Source of the DNA: a virus | Taxonomy: Duplodnaviria > Caudoviricetes | Direction: 5' to 3' (one strand) | DNA: 59,180 bases | IMG/VR virus record: IMGVR_UViG_3300014501_000021 | Coordinates: 1-59,180 of that record | Part shown: one piece after another, positions 40,741 to 48,421 of the stretch | Position numbering within the stretch: the stretch's first letter is position 1 | Layout: each line of letters begins with the position of its first letter | Notes under the pieces: generated by a model | Database searches by the model: none | The model's input: only the letters and a program-made list of their open reading frames with translations | What the model was told of the DNA's origin: nothing | Made by a program: the position numbers and the translations under genes

Positions 40741-43700
40741 ATGTCCTTATACTCAACAATTCTATATACTGGTCCCTACGGCCCTACCAATCTCTATACA
40801 GGTAGCGGAGGAGACCAACTTCAAGACCTCGATTTCTACAGAACAGAAGCCGACGGCGAATACGTATTTCACTGGACATTTTTACAGTCTTTTATAAGTC
40901 CGGCGATCGATAATCTTGATTATGAATTGCAGTTGGATACAAACGAAGATTTTACGTTACCTACTTCTTTTGAAACATTCACTGAAACACCTATAAATAT
41001 TATTGCTCAGGGTTTTTCTGAGTCAGCCGTATACGCTGCGACAAATGCGAGTGGAGAGATTTTATATTTCCAGATTGACGGCGATGGATTTAGAAATATT
41101 ACGCTCGGAGTTGATGTAGGCGGAGCAGCTGTTGCTGCGGATATTCAAGCTAAGGTGAAAGCGTTAACCGCTAATAACCCTGCCCTGCAGGCATCTTATT
41201 CTAATTTTACCGCTGTATTCAATGTTACCCATAACACATACACGTTGACATCAGGCGGTACATCATACACAAGTCAAGTCACTGTATATCCTGGCCCTGC
41301 AGCTTCATTATTATACTTGGGCCGTTCTAACGGAGGATATGAGATAAGAGGAAATACTTATATCTTATCACAGCTTCCCGGCGGAATCTTGTCAGTAACA
41401 GATAGCTCTGGGCTAGTTTACCTTGACGTTTCACAGACTACAAATAGTCCTGCGCCGGGGCAGTACGTTACGAGCTTACCTCTGGGGCAGATATCCTTTA
41501 ACTCTGTAAATGTTCCCGACACAATAACTGTTGTCTATTACCCGTCTACAAGCGCGCCTATTCTTGACTACCAAGATGGTAACGTAGAGAAGGGTTTTAC
41601 TGTTCCGGTACCTTCGCGAATAGCTAGTGCTCCCGTTGTCTTCTACGCTCGAGTAGCTATCAAGCAAGGTAACTCGCTAGGCCCTTGGTCGGATACTCTG
41701 AAGGTATTAACGATCCCGAACGTCATATTGGAAACTGCCAGCCGTCTGTTAAATGCGCTTCCAGATTTTCATGTATATCCTACTGACGATCAATTTAGAC
41801 TTGCGCGTTCTCTTGTTGACGGAATAATCTATGCGCCGGGTAATAGCGTACCTCTGCCTAATTACTTGAGTAATATTGCTAAAGTATACATGGCTTATGC
41901 TAATGAATTCGATACAGAGTATCTTGAAAAAGAAAACTGCATAAGAGATGTTAGACAGGATAGGGTACGAGACGACCGCATTGGTCCTATCCTAGGATCT
42001 TTATATAAGTACCCACAGCCTGCTAACATGGTTAATGTGGATTATCGTTTAATTCTCAGCAACATGAAAGCGGCATCGTTAGACGGTGCTACGTACGAAG
42101 CGGTTAAGCTGGTTGGCGCAGCATTTACTGGAGTCGATCCGACAATATTCCCAATATCAAAAATCCTTAATTTTATAACAGCGGGATTTGATCCAGAGAA
42201 TACTGGCCCTTTTTATGATGGAAATGTCCAGAATATAACTGTTAATTCTAGCTTCCAAGCAACGCTCACTAATGGGACTGCAAACGATCCGATTATTCCT
42301 GGATCGCTTATATCGGGCCCTGAGTCGCTTGTTGCCGTAACGCCGACGATACCGTTAACGTCTCCCTATACTATTACGCTATCGCCTACTCCGGCTAGCG
42401 TTCCTACTATACCTGGGTATACTTTTGTATCCACCACAACATTAGCTAATACGGAAACAGATGTTATTAGCAATACCTTTCCGTACATTATTACTTTACA
42501 GTTTCCGCCTCTTAATATCCCTACGATTTCGGGATACTCATATACAACAGGGGTTCCTTCGCCCACGCAGTTTACTGTTAATTTTACCACAGGCGTTGTC
42601 ACGTTTAACGCGGCGGTTGCGAATACATCCGTTACACCGTCATACTTGTATGCCTCTGCGCTGCCATTATCTGGACAATTTAACGTTAACTTTTTAACAG
42701 GTGTTCTTACGTTCAATGCCGCTCAGGCGGGAATGACTCCTTCGATTACGTACATACCGAATTATCTTAGTGTTCTTTCCGGAGAGACTCTCACAATTAA
42801 CGTCGATAGCCTTGGCCCGCAAACTGTCACATTGGAAGGAGGGCCGTATACAACTAAGGATCAGGTTGCTGCAGCTATCGAAGCGGCTGTACAAGCTCTC
42901 GGAGCTCCTCCAGCGGTTACCTTCTTAGGCCTTTTAGCATACTCTACTATCACTAACGTTGGTTTTACTGTAGTCACAGGGGATGTAGATTTATACCCAG
43001 GTACTTCTGTAACAGGTTTTCCTCCTGGAACTTTCTCTGGTACGTTAAATATAGCAAATCCGGTTGCGCAAAACGCAATGACGGTAGCTACCGCAAAGTA
43101 TACTTCAGGACAAACTGCAGGTCTCGCGGGTACTACAATTCCTTCAGTACTTGATGGACAGACTCTAGTGCCGGGAGCGTATCAGTTTGCGTCGGGTGCT
43201 GCGACGTTAGCGGCGTCTGGTAACGCGTCTATGACGTTCAACGGTGCAGGTAATTACATTATATACACCGCGAGTACTCTTAAGACAGGAGCTGGCGGAA
43301 CAGCTACTATGAATCTTACGGGTGGAGCTACTGCGGCTAATATCTTATGGGTAGTTGGATCATCTGCTACTCTTAATATCACTAATGCAGGTGCAGGAAC
43401 CTTTGAAGGCAATGTAATCGCGCAAGCGAGCATTACTACAAACGGCGGAACGATAGATGGGTCACTATCGGCTCTTACAGGTGCGATCACTATTAGTAAT
43501 GCTACTGCGGTGCTGGGCGCAGGCGGCCCCGTTTCTCCTAGTGAAGAAACGGCCTATACGGACTTCTTGGCTAATTATAATTCTGCTACAGATCAATACA
43601 CTCTTATTTCCGGAAATCAGAACCCCACATCGACTAGCACTGTTGTTGTGACGGGAGGTACTGCTGCCACCCAGTTAAGCCTATTAGCAGGTGATGGAGC

Positions 43701-44562
43701 GATTCAGACGTACGGATTAGCTTATGTAACTCCGACTCCGTCTGGCCCCGCGGTTCCAACCGCTGGACAATTTACTAACAACATACTCACTAGCAATGGA
43801 AGTCTGTTAACATTCCCCGCGATTGAAGTAGGCAACCAGCACACAGTACTTTTTTATTCAGCTAATGAAATTTTTACGTATCTTCCTGGAAAGTATACAG
43901 AAACGCTCGTAGTTCCGTCTGTTGCTCCTTATACAGTAACTACATTATACCCTTCCTGCGATATTCCTGTCGTTGCAAAATATGATGCAGGAACTGTATC
44001 TACTGTGCATAATACGAATACTATGACTGGATCTGGAACCTCCTTTTTAACAGATTACTCGCCAGGCGATACTGTCGCATTTTCAGGACAGATGGGAGAT
44101 AGTATTACGTATACTGTCGCGTCCGTTGCTGATGATTTTAATTTAACGGTAACATCTAGCTATACTGGATTAACAACTTCAGGTCTTTTGAGTAACTTAA
44201 GTAGAGGCTACCAGTTTGTACCAACTCCTACAGTAGTGGTACCTCCGGCCGCTTTACCTCCTCCAGTGGTGCTCCTAGCGGATCAATGGACGGATAATTT
44301 TGATTCTCCTGCAACTTTAACGTTTAACGCGTCGTTCGTGAGTAAGGTAGTAGTTGTATCATATACGATAAGGGTTCCTATCCAAGACATAGATACGGTT
44401 AAAGACCATCCTATATTATTTAGCGGTACCGAAGCAGGATTCGGCATTGAAATTATCTTAAACAATCCGGGGCTATTCACTTTGGACCTAACGACCATAG
44501 CATTCCTAATGACCGAAATACTACCAGCGACAACTAAATTCATTCTGACGGAAGTAGAATAA
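40741..44562 (+). CDS. large baseplate wedge protein (tail protein I-like core) with inserted modules including a DUF3494-like domain
   Basis: LLNALPDF..LGSLY..YRLIL..GAT.EAVK..FTG core and C-terminal EILPATT motif; follows baseplate J. Confidence 0.7.
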   Translation: MSLYSTILYTGPYGPTNLYTGSGGDQLQDLDFYRTEADGEYVFHWTFLQSFISPAIDNLDYELQLDTNEDFTLPTSFETFTETPINIIAQGFSESAVYAATNASGEILYFQIDGDGFRNITLGVDVGGAAVAADIQAKVKALTANNPALQASYSNFTAVFNVTHNTYTLTSGGTSYTSQVTVYPGPAASLLYLGRSNGGYEIRGNTYILSQLPGGILSVTDSSGLVYLDVSQTTNSPAPGQYVTSLPLGQISFNSVNVPDTITVVYYPSTSAPILDYQDGNVEKGFTVPVPSRIASAPVVFYARVAIKQGNSLGPWSDTLKVLTIPNVILETASRLLNALPDFHVYPTDDQFRLARSLVDGIIYAPGNSVPLPNYLSNIAKVYMAYANEFDTEYLEKENCIRDVRQDRVRDDRIGPILGSLYKYPQPANMVNVDYRLILSNMKAASLDGATYEAVKLVGAAFTGVDPTIFPISKILNFITAGFDPENTGPFYDGNVQNITVNSSFQATLTNGTANDPIIPGSLISGPESLVAVTPTIPLTSPYTITLSPTPASVPTIPGYTFVSTTTLANTETDVISNTFPYIITLQFPPLNIPTISGYSYTTGVPSPTQFTVNFTTGVVTFNAAVANTSVTPSYLYASALPLSGQFNVNFLTGVLTFNAAQAGMTPSITYIPNYLSVLSGETLTINVDSLGPQTVTLEGGPYTTKDQVAAAIEAAVQALGAPPAVTFLGLLAYSTITNVGFTVVTGDVDLYPGTSVTGFPPGTFSGTLNIANPVAQNAMTVATAKYTSGQTAGLAGTTIPSVLDGQTLVPGAYQFASGAATLAASGNASMTFNGAGNYIIYTASTLKTGAGGTATMNLTGGATAANILWVVGSSATLNITNAGAGTFEGNVIAQASITTNGGTIDGSLSALTGAITISNATAVLGAGGPVSPSEETAYTDFLANYNSATDQYTLISGNQNPTSTSTVVVTGGTAATQLSLLAGDGAIQTYGLAYVTPTPSGPAVPTAGQFTNNILTSNGSLLTFPAIEVGNQHTVLFYSANEIFTYLPGKYTETLVVPSVAPYTVTTLYPSCDIPVVAKYDAGTVSTVHNTNTMTGSGTSFLTDYSPGDTVAFSGQMGDSITYTVASVADDFNLTVTSSYTGLTTSGLLSNLSRGYQFVPTPTVVVPPAALPPPVVLLADQWTDNFDSPATLTFNASFVSKVVVVSYTIRVPIQDIDTVKDHPILFSGTEAGFGIEIILNNPGLFTLDLTTIAFLMTEILPATTKFILTEVE
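42922..43512 (+). other. DUF3494-type ice-binding domain, copy 2 (in baseplate protein)
   Basis: FLGLLAYSTITNVGFTVVTGDVDLYPGTSVTGFPPG..LDGQTLVPGAY..STLKTG..GGATAANILWVVGSSATL..FEGNVIAQASITT..IDGSLSALTGAITI. Confidence 0.9.
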
Positions 44563-44563
44563 C

Positions 44564-47500
44564 ATGCAGAAAGAACAATTCTTTGAAGATCAACCAATAC
44601 TCGTAAGCGATCTAGAGCTTGCGCAAAGTAGTAAGGAGAGCGCTATCGAACAGCGTCAGCGCGATCTTCTAGATCCTGGCGTCATCATCGGTTCTCAATT
44701 ATTGGGCGAAGTTAGCGCTATGCAAGTTACTAACTCTGCTGACGGGGTAACAAGCGTCGGTTTATTTATTACCGTTAATACCGGTGTCGCCGTCTCCCCT
44801 ATAGCTGAGCGTATTATTATCCCTTCTTTAATAACCTATAACGTGGCGAACCCTATAGCCGTATCAGACAATGGAATTGGTGGAACGGTATTAACTCCGC
44901 AATCTTCTGGGTCTTTAAATGTGCCTGTAATGGATCGATCAATTCCCGGAGGTACAATTAACTGTATCTGGGTAGGTTATCTAGAAACAACCGATACAAC
45001 TGTATTTACAATAAGCGAGGGAAATAATTCCCGCTTATTTGTTAAGCACGACGACGGTTATACTATTGCGGTAACAAGTGCTCCTTCTAACGGACCGGCT
45101 GCTTACACAAATCCTGACCCGTCTGTTTATGTCTTAGTTGCGCAGGTTACTACGAATGGTGGGCTCGTTACATTAATCAACCAAACTAACTTCCTACAAC
45201 CTGCGACGTTTAGTGGAACTATACCGTCTCTTTCACCGTATCAGCTATCATTAATTGGATCTATTCTACCTAATCTTCCGCCGGACTTAGATAGACCTAA
45301 TAGTATTCCAGCTATTCCAGGCTTTACTTACACCGCAGGCGCACCTGCAGCGGGACAATTCTCCGTCAATTTCACTACAGGAACCTTAACGTTTAATGTA
45401 GCAAATGCAAGCACAGCTATAACTGCGTCGTTTCTGGTTTTGAATGTATGTATTCAAAACAGCGTCACTACAGGTAGTACGGTGGGAGCACAGTTGCACT
45501 TGAACGAAAAGACGTTAGTGTATGCTCTTGGATCGGAAGTCACACTAACAGGTCATGTCAACGCTTACGGATCAGGCGTTGTTGGCCCTAATAACCCTCA
45601 CGGAATAGGCGCTGCTGACATCGGATTAGCTAGTGTTAACGAGCTTGGTATCGTATTGGCGGATCAGGGTCTCGTAACTCCCACAGGAAATGCTAGCTCT
45701 ACTACTTCATCTTTATCTCCTTCAGCAGTTTTCCAGGCGTTGCCTCCGTCGGCTAACCTTGTAACTATCGCGCCACTCATTGCAGGCGAGTATGTAAACT
45801 TAAGTGGAAGTATCGTTTCAGCTACTAATATCCCTATTGCGACAACATTCAGCTTTGTAAATCCAAATACGCTAGCACCTCTTCCTGCGGGCACTTATTA
45901 CTTTTACATAGATCCTACGCTACTTACTGTACAACAAGGTACTTCATTACCTACAGGTGCTTACCCTATAGCTTCTATTATGTGGAATGGAGCTACAGTT
46001 GTACTACCAGTAACTGATCTTCGCACATTTGGAGTTATCGGTAAAAATAATCTTCGATTAGAAGTTTTGTTAGGTTTGGCGACGGGAGCGGCTACTGATA
46101 ATAGAACAACTACTCTTTATAGTGCTAAAGTTATTGGGTCAAATATTGCAGTAGCGCCTTACTCTACCTTTGCGGTAGGAGGCTATACGCTAGATATAAC
46201 AGTAAATGGTAACCCAGAGTCAGTAACATTTACAGGCACACTGGGTTCTAATTTATTAATATCGCAAGTTGTTGAACAAATCGAATCGGCTATCCCTAGT
46301 ATAACTGCAGTGGCACTAGATAATCAATTAAAGCTTTTATCGTCGGAATCGATAGCGGTTACAAGTGGCACTGCAGCCACTGTGCTTGGTTTTACGGGTG
46401 TCGCTACCGCAGGTACTTCTGTATCTGGAGTAGGACCCGCAACTACCGCTGCGCCCTCCGGCCTGACGTTCTATGTAAATATCAACGGAGACGGTGCTCA
46501 AGCAGTTAATATCCCGGATACGGCTACTACTGGAGCGTTAGTTGCGTCGGATATGCAAGCTGCTATCGAGGCTCTTATTGCGTTTAACCCAGGCAACCAA
46601 GCGGCTATCAATGCTACAACTGTTTCCTATTCTGCAGGAACAGGATATGCTTTACTTGCTTATTCAGCTATCACAGGCTCTACAGGGATTGGATCTACGG
46701 TTAACGGCAGTCTTTATATTACCCCTACCGCTTTAACGGGTATTACTAACTTCCCTCCTAGCACGTATAGCGGTGTTGAGCTTGGAGGGTCGGCACCCGC
46801 AGCTGTGGCGGCTATGACAGCAGCTAATACTACCTACTCTAACGTTGTATTGGCATCTTCAGGATATACAACTATCTTGCCTACTCTTGATGGTCAGATA
46901 TTAACTCCAGGAGGGTACAACGCAGGTGCCGCTCATTTAGCTACTTCTGGACCAGCTACTCTTACATTCAACGGCGCGGGCAATTATACTATCTATTGTT
47001 CAAGTACTTTGGTGACAGGTGCAGGAGGTATCCCAACTATGAATCTTACGGGAGGAGCTACCGCTGCTAATATCCTATGGGTAGTTGGATCATCTGCTAC
47101 TCTTAACTCAGGTACGGCGGGTACTTTTCAAGGAAGTGTTATAGCTAATGCTAGCATTACGGTTACCGCAGGAGGTACTATTAATGGATCGTTAGCAGCT
47201 CTTAACGGGGCCGCTACTCTTACGGGTACTACGATAGTTAATGCGCCAGCGTCTGGTCCTGCTGAATACATAATTACCTCAGGTACTGTAGGATCAAATA
47301 GCTCAGTCGTTATCACAGGCGCGGGAGCAGCTACACTAGAATTAGGGGTGCCGAATGGTGGTACTGAAACTACCGGAAGCGGCGGTTCAACGGATAGCGG
47401 TAACATTAAAGAAATCTTGATAACCGGAAGTACTTCTTCTACCGGTGTTGCGGGGCAGATTATCCCGGCTGAAATGGATTTAATCTATAATGGAAGCGGG

Positions 47501-47608
47501 GCGTTAATTCAGGTGGTCGCTTTTATGGGTAATGATACGCTTACGACAAATCTTATTTACAATTCTGATGGTTCTCTTAACTCCATCCAAGAAATAGTGA
47601 GCTTTTAA
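44564..47608 (+). CDS. baseplate-attached tail fibre protein with DUF3494-like domain
   Basis: N-terminus FFEDQPILVSDLELAQ.. paralogous to 48422; NPHG motif; DLR motif. Confidence 0.7.
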   Translation: MQKEQFFEDQPILVSDLELAQSSKESAIEQRQRDLLDPGVIIGSQLLGEVSAMQVTNSADGVTSVGLFITVNTGVAVSPIAERIIIPSLITYNVANPIAVSDNGIGGTVLTPQSSGSLNVPVMDRSIPGGTINCIWVGYLETTDTTVFTISEGNNSRLFVKHDDGYTIAVTSAPSNGPAAYTNPDPSVYVLVAQVTTNGGLVTLINQTNFLQPATFSGTIPSLSPYQLSLIGSILPNLPPDLDRPNSIPAIPGFTYTAGAPAAGQFSVNFTTGTLTFNVANASTAITASFLVLNVCIQNSVTTGSTVGAQLHLNEKTLVYALGSEVTLTGHVNAYGSGVVGPNNPHGIGAADIGLASVNELGIVLADQGLVTPTGNASSTTSSLSPSAVFQALPPSANLVTIAPLIAGEYVNLSGSIVSATNIPIATTFSFVNPNTLAPLPAGTYYFYIDPTLLTVQQGTSLPTGAYPIASIMWNGATVVLPVTDLRTFGVIGKNNLRLEVLLGLATGAATDNRTTTLYSAKVIGSNIAVAPYSTFAVGGYTLDITVNGNPESVTFTGTLGSNLLISQVVEQIESAIPSITAVALDNQLKLLSSESIAVTSGTAATVLGFTGVATAGTSVSGVGPATTAAPSGLTFYVNINGDGAQAVNIPDTATTGALVASDMQAAIEALIAFNPGNQAAINATTVSYSAGTGYALLAYSAITGSTGIGSTVNGSLYITPTALTGITNFPPSTYSGVELGGSAPAAVAAMTAANTTYSNVVLASSGYTTILPTLDGQILTPGGYNAGAAHLATSGPATLTFNGAGNYTIYCSSTLVTGAGGIPTMNLTGGATAANILWVVGSSATLNSGTAGTFQGSVIANASITVTAGGTINGSLAALNGAATLTGTTIVNAPASGPAEYIITSGTVGSNSSVVITGAGAATLELGVPNGGTETTGSGGSTDSGNIKEILITGSTSSTGVAGQIIPAEMDLIYNGSGALIQVVAFMGNDTLTTNLIYNSDGSLNSIQEIVSF
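46646..47242 (+). other. DUF3494-type ice-binding domain, copy 3 (in tail fibre)
   Basis: YALLAYSAITGS..VNGSL..P..ITNFPP..LDGQILTPGGY..STLVTG..GGATAANILWVVGSSATL..FQGSVIANASITV..INGSLAALNGAATL. Confidence 0.88.
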
Positions 47609-47617
47609 GGAGAGACA

Positions 47618-48412
47618 ATGTTAGCAGCTATTTTGAGCTTAGTTCAAAAGATTTATAATATCGTAGCGAATAGCCCTATCGCGGGCTCTGGCGTTCAAAA
47701 TTTTACGGCATCCGGTGCCTTTACGGTTCCCGCCAACATAACTACAGTCCAAGTTACGATGTATGGCGGCGGTGGGGGAGGAGCAGGAAGCGGTGATGGC
47801 GGTGCAGGTGGCGGCGGAGGGAGCGGAGGCGCCTGGGTTAATTATTCTGTCGCGGTTACTCCTTTAGCGGTCGTTACTGTAACTGTAGGAACTCCCGGCA
47901 CAGCAGGTACCGCAGGCGCTAGTGGAGGCGCTGGAGGAAATACTTCATTCGGATCTCTTATCGCTTACGGAGGTCAAGGTGGTGTTTACGGCGGAGGGGG
48001 TGGAAACGGTGGAGGCTCTTCAGGCGCAGGTGCTGGGGGAACTGATCCGAGTGGTACTGGAGGCATTGGTTCGTATATAGGTTCTTTCTACTTTCCCGGC
48101 AGTGGAGGGGGAGGCTCTGGCTCTATTCTCAACAGTGCTGCTGATGGCGGTACAGGTGGATCGTTTATCCAGTATATCGGGGGAACAGGTGGTACTCCTC
48201 CAGGAAATATTGGAACAGGATCTGTCGGAGGAGGTGGAGGAGGCGCTGCAGGATATGCAGGTAGTGGGGGTAACGGCGGCTCTGGAGTAGGCGCAGGGTC
48301 TCCTGCGGCAGCAAATACGGGCGCAGGTGGCGGCGGAGCCGGCGGAGGATTTAATAACGGAGGAGCTGCTGGAGCTGCTGGAGGAAGTGGCTTCTGTACG
48401 GTCTCGTGGTAA
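47618..48412 (+). CDS. glycine-rich domain protein (fibre tip/adhesin-like)
   Basis: FTASGAFTVPANITTVQVTMYGGGGGG...GGSGFCTVSW; AAGGAG RBS. Confidence 0.7.
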   Translation: MLAAILSLVQKIYNIVANSPIAGSGVQNFTASGAFTVPANITTVQVTMYGGGGGGAGSGDGGAGGGGGSGGAWVNYSVAVTPLAVVTVTVGTPGTAGTAGASGGAGGNTSFGSLIAYGGQGGVYGGGGGNGGGSSGAGAGGTDPSGTGGIGSYIGSFYFPGSGGGGSGSILNSAADGGTGGSFIQYIGGTGGTPPGNIGTGSVGGGGGGAAGYAGSGGNGGSGVGAGSPAAANTGAGGGGAGGGFNNGGAAGAAGGSGFCTVSW

Positions 48413-48421
48413 GAGGAAATA

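Noticed and set aside
25566-44562. Extracellular contractile injection system or tailocin instead of a phage
   Set aside because: A capsid gene, neck genes, an endolysin and a replication module are contiguous with the tail genes.
26574-47242. Insertions in sheath, baseplate and fibre as inteins or introns
   Set aside because: No Cys/Ser start with His-Asn end, no LAGLIDADG motifs, and no frame interruption; they read as folded passenger domains.
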